Source: an uncultured Haloferula sp. (lineage in GTDB: Bacteria > Verrucomicrobiota > Verrucomicrobiia > Verrucomicrobiales > Akkermansiaceae). From it: a DNA stretch of 64,000 bases. The stretch covers positions 416,001 through 480,000 of the forward strand of contig CBFGTS010000001.1 in the NCBI GenBank assembly GCA_965652295.1. Direction: 5' to 3'. How positions within the stretch are numbered: the first letter of the stretch is position 1; each line of letters starts with the position of its first letter. The notes below the pieces were generated by a model that was given only the letters and a program-made list of their open reading frames with translations, was not told where the DNA came from and did no database searches. Of this stretch, positions 55,829 to 64,000 are shown piece after piece. The translations under genes were made by a program, and so were the position numbers.

Positions 55829-58507
55829 ATGAAACTCCGCTCCGTGCCGTTGCTGATCCTGGCCTGCGCGTCCGCCCACGCAGCGGACGAGAACCGCGCC
55901 GCGCCGGTGGATACGGCCACGCTGATGGCGGACCTCGACAACGAGTCCTACCCGGTGCGGGTGACCGCGACCCACGAGTTGTGGAGCCGGGGAAAGAAAG
56001 TCCTGCCGCTGCTCGAAAAGGCGGCGGTGGCGGACAGCCCGGAGAGCTCGGCACGGGCACGGGATCTGGTGCGCAAGATCCGGCTGGGCCTCACCCCCGA
56101 AAGCAAGCCGGAGTGGATCGGCTACATCGAGGCCTACGACGCGGCCAGCCCGCGCGAGCGGCGGGAAATCGTCTCCACCCTGAAGCGTGACGAGGCCTAC
56201 ATGCTGCTCCTGCGTCTCTACGAATTCGAGACGGATGAAGCGACCTTGGCGGTGCTGGCACCGGAGATGGAAGGCGTGGCGGTGGCGGCGGCGCGCGAGC
56301 TGCTTTTCAAAGGAGACGTCAAACCGGAGCGCATCCTGGAGGTGCTGGAACTCGGTCGCCCCGAGCCGGCGCAATGGATGGCGCTGGCCGATTTCCACCG
56401 GGTCCACGGGAGCTTGGAAAAGGAACTGAAAGAAGCCCGCGCGGACCGGACCCCGGATGGCTTCCTGTGGCGGGCGTGCCTGCACGCGGCGGCGGGTCGT
56501 CCGCTGGAAGCCGCGCGTGAGGCGGATGCCGGAGGGTTTCCCGATGCGGTGGCGCGCTGGCGGCTGCTCGGCGGCGACCCGGTGCCGTGGATCCTGCGGG
56601 CCGAGGCACCGCAGCACGAGATCGTTCCTGAATCTCTGGAGGCCTATCGCGACGCCGTCCGCGGCCTTTGGGAGGGCCGGCCGGTGCCGAATGCATTGGT
56701 CGATGAGCTGGCGGGCACCGTGTCCGGGGCCATGGATGACGAAAGCTGGCACTCGGTGGCGGTGCTCTACGCGCTGGGGGCGCGGGAGGAGGGAGACGAG
56801 GGTTTTCGGAAAATCTCGCCGACCGCCGCGTTCAACCACTTCGACAGCAGCGAGCGGATCGACGAGGCGCTGCAGCTGCTGGGACTCGATCCCGCCGAGC
56901 CTGACTTCGCCGCCTGGATCCGGCCGCGTTTCGACCGCATGCTGCGGGAGGCCGACGATGCCGAGGTGGCCCGCGAGGAGCTGAAAACCCTCGGTGGCTT
57001 CATGGAGCGGCGCGGTCTCGTCGAAGAAGCGGCGGCCTTGTTCGTTCCGCCACTGCTGGAGATTGCCGCGAAGGACCCCGAGTGGTTCTGCGATCTTTTG
57101 GCGGACTTTTTCCTTTCCGACTCGATCGATCATCAGGACCGACTGACGGAGGCGGTCCTGCAAGCCGGAGCGGCCTTCGCCGGTGGGGATCAGGGACGCC
57201 TCTCGATGGTGCGGGCCTCGCTGTTGGGTGAGGAACTGCTGAGCTCGGAACTCTGGAGCCAACTGGAGCGGGAGCAGGGCGATCGGCCGGCGGTCGACCG
57301 TCTGCGATTGGCGGCGACGCTGCTCGGCAAGCTTTCGGATTCGTCCGGCGAAGCGGATCAATGGTGGGCCGCGCAGCTCGCCGATCAGCCGAAGAAGGGC
57401 GATCGCACCGACGAGCTGCGCTGGGCCCTCCTGCTGCGTCTTGCGGGAGGCGACTCCAATGCGGCGCGGTTTCTGGAAATCGAGGACATCCTCGAGAAGA
57501 CCGGCGTGAGCCTTGATCCCGTCGACGCCCTTCTCGAAGACATCCAGCTGGAGGCGGTCCGGTTGCAGAACCTCGAGCTGGCGGGCCGGTGGAGCGAGGT
57601 GCTGGCGGAATACCGGAAGCATTTCGAGAGCACCCCGCGCTCCGCCCCGCGCCTCGCCGCCATGGCCGCCGTTTCCCGCCTCGCGGGGGATCCGGACGAG
57701 GCCGCGCGGCTGGAGAAACGCATGGAGGCGATCATCCTCGGTGATACCTCACTCATGATCCAGGTATCCCGCGTCTATGCCGGCAAAGGCGACCATGCCC
57801 GCTCCAGGGAGTGGATCCGGAGGGCGGCGATGATGTCCACGAAAAGCGACGAAGTCTTTCTCCTGTGCTGCAACGACGTGGGCAACGAGGCGAAGTACAC
57901 GGAAGACTGGCCATTGGCCGCCTCCCTGGGCGAGGTCATCATGCTTTCGGCCGTGATGCGCGGGGACACCGCTTTTGACGATCCTTCCGTGCTGCTGCGC
58001 GGGCGGGCGTCGATCGAACTGTGCCGCGCGCTCGCGGACATCGAGGCGGGGCGGCGGGACGAAGGCATGGCCTACCTCGAACGCTGGCGCGATGCGGTGT
58101 ACGACGCTCCCGAGATGGCGGATCACTACTTCGCGGCCTTCCGCAAAGCGGGGCTGACCGCGATGCACGACGCGTGGTTCGAAGCGACCTGGAAGCGCCT
58201 CAGTGGAGTGCTGGCGGATTATCCTCGCAGCGCCAATACGCTCAACACCGCCGCCTGGGTGGCCGGCCGCGCGAGCCGGCGGCTGAAGGAAGCCCACGAC
58301 TGCGCCACGCGGGCGCTGGCGATCGAGCCGCACCAATGGAGCTATCTCGACACCATGGCCGAGGTCTGGTTCGCCCGTCGTGACCGCGCGCAGGCGATCG
58401 AGTGGGGGGACCGGGCGCGGAATCACTTCTTCGGCCAGACCGCAAGCCTGACTGAAATGCTGCGGCAGAACCGACGCTTTCACCGGGGTGGGTTTCCGCC
58501 TCCCTGA
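55829..58507 (+). CDS. Large secreted alpha-helical/TPR-like hypothetical protein
   Basis: Signal peptide; C-terminal TPR-like LNTAAW...YLDTMAEVWF. Confidence 0.8.
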   Translation: MKLRSVPLLILACASAHAADENRAAPVDTATLMADLDNESYPVRVTATHELWSRGKKVLPLLEKAAVADSPESSARARDLVRKIRLGLTPESKPEWIGYIEAYDAASPRERREIVSTLKRDEAYMLLLRLYEFETDEATLAVLAPEMEGVAVAAARELLFKGDVKPERILEVLELGRPEPAQWMALADFHRVHGSLEKELKEARADRTPDGFLWRACLHAAAGRPLEAAREADAGGFPDAVARWRLLGGDPVPWILRAEAPQHEIVPESLEAYRDAVRGLWEGRPVPNALVDELAGTVSGAMDDESWHSVAVLYALGAREEGDEGFRKISPTAAFNHFDSSERIDEALQLLGLDPAEPDFAAWIRPRFDRMLREADDAEVAREELKTLGGFMERRGLVEEAAALFVPPLLEIAAKDPEWFCDLLADFFLSDSIDHQDRLTEAVLQAGAAFAGGDQGRLSMVRASLLGEELLSSELWSQLEREQGDRPAVDRLRLAATLLGKLSDSSGEADQWWAAQLADQPKKGDRTDELRWALLLRLAGGDSNAARFLEIEDILEKTGVSLDPVDALLEDIQLEAVRLQNLELAGRWSEVLAEYRKHFESTPRSAPRLAAMAAVSRLAGDPDEAARLEKRMEAIILGDTSLMIQVSRVYAGKGDHARSREWIRRAAMMSTKSDEVFLLCCNDVGNEAKYTEDWPLAASLGEVIMLSAVMRGDTAFDDPSVLLRGRASIELCRALADIEAGRRDEGMAYLERWRDAVYDAPEMADHYFAAFRKAGLTAMHDAWFEATWKRLSGVLADYPRSANTLNTAAWVAGRASRRLKEAHDCATRALAIEPHQWSYLDTMAEVWFARRDRAQAIEWGDRARNHFFGQTASLTEMLRQNRRFHRGGFPPP

Positions 58508-58556
58508 TTCCGGGCTTGCCCGCCGGGGTCATGCGAGGGCATATCCCGGGCCGAAC

Positions 58557-58644
58557 GGAGGGGTGGCAGAGTGGTCGAATGCGCCGGTCTTGAAAACCGG
58601 AGACGGGAAACTGTCCGTGGGTTCGAATCCCACCCCCTCCGCCA
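58557..58644 (+). tRNA. tRNA-Ser (anticodon TGA)
   Basis: GGAGGGG/CCCCTCC acceptor stem, CCGGT-CT-TGA-AA-ACCGG anticodon arm, long variable arm, GGTTCGAATCC, CCA. Confidence 0.96.
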
Positions 58645-58870
58645 CGACCCGACTCCAGCTTGCTGGAGTCGGGTCGTGGCGTATGCGGAGGGAGGCAATC
58701 CCTCCCGGAGCGGAGCGCAGGAGGGTTTGAAAACAGGAAGCTGATGTTATCGGCGGCATTCCTCGGCGAGCATAGCGAGCGAAACCGGTTTGGTGTGAGG
58801 AGCGGCTTGTCCGCCGTAGCTCTAAGAGCGAAGGAGGAAGCGTCGCCCTGATTTCTCCCGCTCCGCCGAC
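58645..58870 (+). repeat. tRNA-linked structured repeat with nested REP-like palindrome
   Basis: Long hairpin, GGAGGGA-GGCAA-TCCCTCC hairpin, 38-nt core shared with 25637-25674, nested GCTTGTCCGCCGTAGCTCTAAGAGCGAAGGAGGAAGC, weak tRNA-end-like CTCCGCC near 58861. Confidence 0.7.
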
Positions 58871-59160
58871 GACCAGTGAAGCAGAAAGATAGGCCGACAA
58901 AACGCTGGCTTGTCCTGGCATGGCCGAAATCCCTAAGTTGCGACGGCTAACAGCCGCCGCCTTTTTCTTTCCCATGCACTGGACCGAACCCGCCTCCGCC
59001 GAAGACTCGCATTCCGAACTCGAGAAACAGCTCTGGGGCGCGGCGAACCAAATGTGGGCGAATGCCGACCTCAAGCCGTCCGAGTTCTCGCCCGTCGTCC
59101 TCGGCCTAATCTTTCTGCGCTATGCCGATGTCCGCTTCGCTGCCGTGGAGGCGGATATGG

Positions 59161-59185
59161 GTAGGGACGATCGGCCCGATCGTCC
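59161..59185 (+). repeat. GTAG-type REP palindrome inside hsdM
   Basis: GTAG followed by GGACGATCGG-C-CCGATCGTCC (perfect 10-bp inverted repeat). Confidence 0.8.
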
Positions 59186-59525
59186 GACTTCCCGCCGCAG
59201 ACGCACCATCGGCCCCGCGGACTACCACGCCGCGGGGGTGATCTATTTGCCGAAGAAAGCGCGGTTCGCCTACCTGCTGTCCCTGCCCGAGGGGCTGAAT
59301 GTGGGTCATGAGATCAACGAGGCCATGCGCGCCGTCGAGAAGGAGAACCCGGACCTCGCCGACGTCCTGCCGAAGACCTACCAGATCCTCGAGAACCGCA
59401 CGCTCGCCGAGCTGCTCAAGGTCATGGCCTCCATCCCCATGGACAAGGGCGGCGACACCTTCGGCCTCATCTACGAATACTTCCTCGGCAAGTTCGCCAT
59501 GTCCGAAGGGCAGAAGGGCGGCGAA

Positions 59526-59588
59526 TGGAGCGGAGCGACATGGACGACCATAGGGAGCCCGGAGGGTTGGCGCGGGGGCGCCAATCAA
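59526..59588 (+). mobile_element. 63-nt in-frame multi-hairpin insertion in GGE^FYTP
   Basis: Adds [21 protein letters not shown]; hairpins ATGG/CCAT, GCCC-GGA-GGGT, TTGGCGC/GCGCCAA; ends AATCAA. Confidence 0.8.
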
Positions 59589-59687
59589 TTCTACACGCCC
59601 ACCTCCATCGTCCGCCTCATCGTCGAGATCCTCGAGCCCTACCACGGGCGCATCTACGATCCCGCCTGCGGTTCCGGCGGCATGTTT

Positions 59688-59753
59688 GCCTCCTACCGTC
59701 GGCCATGCGGGATCCGCTTCGCGGGCAGGAGACGCGCAAGCGCGAGGGGCATT
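59688..59753 (+). mobile_element. 66-nt in-frame structured insertion in GSGGMF^VQS
   Basis: Adds [25 protein letters not shown] direct repeat at the junctions; internal hairpins CCGC-TTC-GCGG and CGC-GCAA-GCG. Confidence 0.75.
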
Positions 59754-59824
59754 GTCCAGTCCGCCCGCTTCGTGGAGAACCACCACAAGAACCCGATCTC
59801 GGAAATCTCCTGCCACGGCCAGGA

Positions 59825-59902
59825 CAAATGGGCGTGGGGTGCCCATTTGAGACGTGCGCAGCGCGCCCGCAGGGTGAGGCAGCGGCGGAAGCTGCCGAAT
59901 CA
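59825..59902 (+). mobile_element. 78-nt in-frame multi-hairpin insertion splitting the Glu codon of GQE
   Basis: GA[CAAATGGGC..GCCCATTTG ... GCCC-GCA-GGGT ... GGCAGC..GCTGCC-GAATCA]A; removal restores GAA and [11 protein letters not shown]. Confidence 0.8.
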
Positions 59903-60346
59903 ACGGGTCACCGAGACCAGCCGCCTCGCCCGGCTCAACCTCGCCGTCCACGGCCTCAGCGGCGACATCCGCCAGGGAAACACCTATTACGAGGACCTCC
60001 ACGACTCCGTCGGCCGCTTCGACTTCGTCCTCGCCAATCCGCCCTTCAACGTCAGCAAGATCGACAAGGAGCGCCTCGCCGACGACCCGCGCTACGCCTT
60101 CGGCCTGCCGCGCACCGACAATGGCAACTACCTCTGGATCCAGCACTTCCACGCCGCGCTGAATGCCACCGGCCGGGCCGGCTTCGTGATGGCGAACTCC
60201 GCCGCCGACGCCCGCGCCTCCGAGCAGGAGATCCGGGAAAAGCTGATCAAGAGCGGCCACGTCGACGTGATGATCTCCATCGGGCCAAAGGGAGATTCAA
60301 CTTGTCGTGTTCTCGCCGGTGCTATCCACATCGAAACCCTTAAATC

Positions 60347-63300
60347 ATGAAGATCAAAGTTCTTAATCCGGACGGAGTGCATGCCCGGGAGATTAAAGGC
60401 CTCGCAGCCCTCAAGGAAGCACTCCCCAACGAATGGTACGGGTATGCCTCTCTTGAGTTGGTCGGCGAGAACGGAGGGGAAATTGACCTCGTGATCTGCG
60501 CTGAGGATCGCCTGATTGCGGTCGAAATCAAAGATTGGAACGGAAAGATTGAAGACCTCGGTCCGTATTGGCGAACGAGCGGGCGAGAACAGAAGTCACC
60601 CGTAGTCACGATTGCGGAAAAGTCGAAGAAGCTGGCAAGTAAGCTTAAGACCTTCCTTGCGCCAGAGCATCAAGCTCCATGGGTGGACCACTGCGTGCTG
60701 CTCACCGGTAAATCGCGAAGAAATGACCTGAGCGAAGACAGCAAAGACAAGACATTTGAGCTCGAGTTTTTCAAACGGATAGGCAATAAGGAGGTCTTCC
60801 GGGAGTGCTTTACTCACGAAGCCTGGTGTCGCACGCCGATTCACGACCTTAAGCCGAAACTCGACGTGTTTTTCGCTGGACCTCGTGTTCGCCCGTTAAG
60901 TTGTTCATACAACGGGTATAAGGCAAATGATGATCCGTGCTACACTCACCCGAAGCGGATCTACTCGGAGTATTTCGCAGAAAAGGAAGGAGCCAAAGGT
61001 TTCAAAGCGCTCTTGCGCCGCTGGGACTTCCATGAGCTAGGCAACGTCGATGCAACCTACCTGAACAAAGAGAATCGGACGACTCTCGCCCTAAGGGAAG
61101 AGAATGCAATCGGCTATCTTAGAGACGCAAAGCCTGAACTCGTAGGCCGAAACGTGTTCCTTGCGCCAATCTCGAATGAAGGGCGAGAGTCGGTCACCGA
61201 AAATTTTTTCGAACTTTACGACCTGCCCCGGGACTTGAGCCGTCTGAAAGAATCTTTGCGCCGCTATGGAGACTCGCTCAAGGACGATAATCGCATTTCA
61301 ATCGCACGTCTTCTTCTCCATCACCTCTCTGAACTTCACGAGCTTGAGGTCGCCCACAGGGATATTGGCGAGCATTGCATCTGGATCAGCGTTCCCGACA
61401 AAGTTTCGCTTTCAGGCTTTGCGACCAGTTCGTTCCCCGAACAGAAAACAGTGGCTCAGATCCGAGAAACAATCCGTGGCGGAGGGGAGCGGATCCCCGA
61501 AGAGTTACTGGACCTGAAGTCCAACAATTTTCGGAAGGATGTCTTTCTCCTAGGCTCGGTCGTCCACCAAATCTTGTTCGGAACCAAGCCGAGACTTGTC
61601 GATGGGGTTCCGACGTGGCACCCGCCAACGAATGGCAAGTTCGATCAATTCTGGGGATGGTTTGATCGGGCCTTAGAGCTCGATCCTGCGAAGCGTTTCT
61701 CGAACGCAACCTCGGCATTCGACGAGTTCCAGCGGTGCAGCAAGACATCCGAGTGCTTGGAATTCGATGAGAAGGATTTCCGTGAATTTGAGAAGTCGAT
61801 TCCGCCAATGCCAAGACTACCAGGTGACACAGTCCTCAGGCAGGATTCGGGTGGCTTGGTCTTTCATTCCGAATGCGGAGGAGGAGATGCTTGTCTTAAC
61901 AAGGTTTGGCCAGATGCCAAGTTCAAGCCCGGCGCTGTGGCCGAGAACTTCCATTTGCTAAGTTTTCTGGAGCGGATCCAACGTCTACAGATGGCCGACC
62001 TAGAATGCCAACAGCGGGTCCTTGATTTCGGGATAACAAGCTTCGGTTCCTACGTCGTCCTGAAGTGGGAAGGCGGGCAATGTCTTGAGGAGTTTGAAGG
62101 GGAGAGTTTCGACGACGAGGCCGGGCTGGCTTTCGTCCGAGCTCTTGTGCAGGCGGTGGCGGATCTCCACCGATGCCAAATCTTCCATGGGGATCTCAAA
62201 CCCGGGAACATTCTCTATGCACTAGGCGAGGAAGGTGAGACGACGATCCGCCTCATCGATCTCGTGGATTTCGCACCGGCAGGAACGGAACGGCGGTCAT
62301 CCGCTTACCTTCCCCCGGAAGGTGAGGAGGCTACCACGCCTGGGTGCGACGGCTATGCGTTGAAAAAGATCGTCACCGATTTCGTCCTACCTCGCATGCC
62401 CGGAATGTCCAAAGCACTTGCGGAGCGGATCACCGCAATCTTGGGCGATATGGTGGACCCCGATGGGGGTATTCCGGATGTGAAAGGTGCTTTGGATGAG
62501 CTGGCAAACCCTTTTGATGCCGATGATGAATCCTCATCGGGATCCCGAGAAGAGCTTGTTATTTCTATGGGGGGGATTGAGAGAGAGATCCTCATGATGC
62601 CGGATGACCGGGGGCTTCCGGTTACGATTTCACGCGACCGAGACGATCCTGAAAGCTTCGTCGTCCGAGTCACTGATTCCGCTCATTGTCTGGGGCTGCT
62701 AGTCAACGCTCCGCGGAAGGCGATAACTAAGATATGGCAGCAGCCGGCGACGATCATGGATCTGGCCCAGAACCTCCGATGGAAGGCCTCCCTGCTTGAA
62801 AGGCCGCTACGTATTCTGCGGAGTCAGGCAGACGACCTCACGGCCTTAAATGAGCTTCTGGATGAGCTGGCCATCTTTTCCGAGCTGGATAAACTATATC
62901 GCAAGGAAGTACAGGCCACGCGGGAGGAAGAGACGCTAGCAAGTCAAGTCGGCCACGATTTCAATGAAGCCGGTTCAGATGAATCCGATCAGGCACCCAG
63001 CCAAACGCCTGAAACTCCGCTCGTCGATGTTCCCCTCGATCTCTTCTGGGAAGCTCTGCTTGATGCCGAGGCCAGGATCGTCCCAGTTATGGCTGTCACT
63101 GACGAACCTGTGGAAATCCGATCTTCAGGGATACTTGTTCTTCCGGTCGGAGAGCCATCAGCGCCATTCGACCCCCAAGATGATGAGCCAGTAGAAGTCC
63201 AGACACAGGATCCTGCAGGGGAGTGGCGCTACTTTGGTAATCTCGACAACCGGAGGAGCCAAAATGGGCGGCTTGCTGTGGTTCCCAAGGCCAGGGGCAC

Positions 63301-64000
63301 CTTCCGACCGCGAACGGGCACGGCACTCCGACTGGAGAACAAAGCATCACGTGCCTCGTATTTGAAGCGGCTTGCCGCAGTTCAGCGGATCGTAGGCCGG
63401 GATTCCGTGTGCCCCGAGCTTTTCGATTACTTCGGCGGGGACGGCTGCCTTGACTCTCTGCCCGGTCGCTTTGCAGGCAAGTTGGACGGGCTCGACGCAT
63501 ACGGCCTCAATCCGGTGCAAAGAGATGCGCTGGAGACAGCATTGAAATGTTCTCCCCTTGCTATGATCCAAGGCCCACCGGGTACTGGAAAGACCGGGGT
63601 TATTTCGGCTGCGGCGCACTACATCGCGACGAACTTCCCCACCGCCAAGATTCTCGTGGTCAGTCAGTCTCACGAAGCAATCGACCACGCTACTGAACAG
63701 ATCGTGAAGCGTTTTCGCAAGCAAGGCGATGAGCCTTCTCTGGTTCGTGTGGGACGGCGGGCTGCGATCAGTGACAATCTGATTTCGTTCCACTCAGAGT
63801 CCCTGCAGGGGGAGTATCGCGAACGGTTCCGGCTATCCCTTACCCAACGAATTCTACCGCTGGGCAGTCGGCTGGGATTGAGCGAGGCGTTCGCGGAAAG
63901 CCTCGCAGTGATAAGAGCGCGGTTGGTTCCGCTTCTACAGCAGCTTGGTCCAGAGCCGTCCGGAGAGGAGGCGGAAATTGATCCGGCCCTGCGACGGCAC
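60347..64000 (+). CDS. NERD nuclease - kinase-like - Ser/Thr kinase - SF1 (UPF1/DNA2-like) helicase fusion, >1218 aa, runs off window; candidate anti-phage protein (Mokosh MkoA-like)
   Basis: Manual translation of sampled segments, all in one frame: [15 protein letters not shown] (NERD), AHRDIGEH (about 61355), [17 protein letters not shown] (about 62186), [10 protein letters not shown] (63572-63595), [12 protein letters not shown]; absent from the ORF track, consistent with no stop inside the window. Confidence 0.88.
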   Translation, partial: MKIKVLNPDGVHAREIKGLAALKEALPNEWYGYASLELVGENGGEIDLVICAEDRLIAVEIKDWNGKIEDLGPYWRTSGREQKSPVVTIAEKSKKLASKLKTFLAPEHQAPWVDHCVLLTGKSRRNDLSEDSKDKTFELEFFKRIGNKEVFRECFTHEAWCRTPIHDLKPKLDVFFAGPRVRPLSCSYNGYKANDDPCYTHPKRIYSEYFAEKEGAKGFKALLRRWDFHELGNVDATYLNKENRTTLALREENAIGYLRDAKPELVGRNVFLAPISNEGRESVTENFFELYDLPRDLSRLKESLRRYGDSLKDDNRISIARLLLHHLSELHELEVAHRDIGEHCIWISVPDKVSLSGFATSSFPEQKTVAQIRETIRGGGERIPEELLDLKSNNFRKDVFLLGSVVHQILFGTKPRLVDGVPTWHPPTNGKFDQFWGWFDRALELDPAKRFSNATSAFDEFQRCSKTSECLEFDEKDFREFEKSIPPMPRLPGDTVLRQDSGGLVFHSECGGGDACLNKVWPDAKFKPGAVAENFHLLSFLERIQRLQMADLECQQRVLDFGITSFGSYVVLKWEGGQCLEEFEGESFDDEAGLAFVRALVQAVADLHRCQIFHGDLKPGNILYALGEEGETTIRLIDLVDFAPAGTERRSSAYLPPEGEEATTPGCDGYALKKIVTDFVLPRMPGMSKALAERITAILGDMVDPDGGIPDVKGALDELANPFDADDESSSGSREELVISMGGIEREILMMPDDRGLPVTISRDRDDPESFVVRVTDSAHCLGLLVNAPRKAITKIWQQPATIMDLAQNLRWKASLLERPLRILRSQADDLTALNELLDELAIFSELDKLYRKEVQATREEETLASQVGHDFNEAGSDESDQAPSQTPETPLVDVPLDLFWEALLDAEARIVPVMAVTDEPVEIRSSGILVLPVGEPSAPFDPQDDEPVEVQTQDPAGEWRYFGNLDNRRSQNGRLAVVPKARGTFRPRTGTALRLENKASRASYLKRLAAVQRIVGRDSVCPELFDYFGGDGCLDSLPGRFAGKLDGLDAYGLNPVQRDALETALKCSPLAMIQGPPGTGKTGVISAAAHYIATNFPTAKILVVSQSHEAIDHATEQIVKRFRKQGDEPSLVRVGRRAAISDNLISFHSESLQGEYRERFRLSLTQRILPLGSRLGLSEAFAESLAVIRARLVPLLQQLGPEPSGEEAEIDPALRRH

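Larger units (their letters stand above)
58974..60350 (+). pseudogene. hsdM: Type I restriction-modification methyltransferase subunit, 3'-truncated and carrying four in-frame insertions
   Basis: [61 protein letters not shown]; similarity ends after VDVMISIGP (about 60286); no hsdS/hsdR follows. Confidence 0.88.

Noticed and set aside
53956..57622. 661-aa and 599-aa minus-strand ORFs
   Set aside because: Antisense to mnmE, cobB and the TPR-like gene; low-complexity Ser/Arg-rich or motif-free.
58645..58973. Integrase or prophage at tRNA-Ser(TGA)
   Set aside because: No recombinase ORF or phage genes are visible; only repeats precede hsdM.
59526..59902. Inteins or group I/II introns as explanation of the hsdM inserts
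   Set aside because: At 63-78 nt they are far too short and lack intein terminal residues (C/S...HN) or recognisable ribozyme cores.
60340..63793. Short track ORFs in the last 3.6 kb
   Set aside because: All overlap the long plus-strand NERD-kinase-helicase frame.
1..64000. CRISPR array or rRNA
   Set aside because: No regularly spaced direct repeats with unique spacers, no cas genes and no rRNA-like sequence were seen.

Overview
GC-rich bacterial chromosome segment, very likely Verrucomicrobiota of the Haloferula/Luteolibacter type (PEP-CTERM protein, ECF sigma/FecR pair, lineage-typical hypothetical families). Most of it is housekeeping (typA, gnd, pgsA, nagA, trpE/trpG, purU, hisC, mnmE, cobB, two tRNA-Ser genes). 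It also holds two glycan-utilisation clusters: a GlcNAc-type locus (GH89, ECF/FecR, LamG proteins, MFS, ROK, PIG-L deacetylase) and a two-component system plus GH51, alginate-lyase-family and DUF4965-type proteins after tRNA-Ser(CGA). A sucrose SPP/SPS pair is present. Three unusual areas stand out. (1) After tRNA-Ser(TGA), a type I R-M hsdM carries four small in-frame palindromic insertions; three (63, 66, 78 nt) sit in conserved methyltransferase motifs. Two share a multi-hairpin architecture, a GA^A insertion point and motifs with repeat elements behind both tRNA-Ser genes. The hsdM is 3'-truncated and coupled to a long NERD-kinase-kinase-SF1 helicase gene that is absent from the ORF track and runs off the window. 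(2) A secreted HExxH metallopeptidase-tipped protein, a coupled membrane-anchored partner and an orphan relic of a second HExxH tip form a polymorphic-toxin-like layout. (3) A collapsed CYP152 pseudogene lies in an apparent intergenic region. All assignments come from motif recognition by eye; no searches were run.
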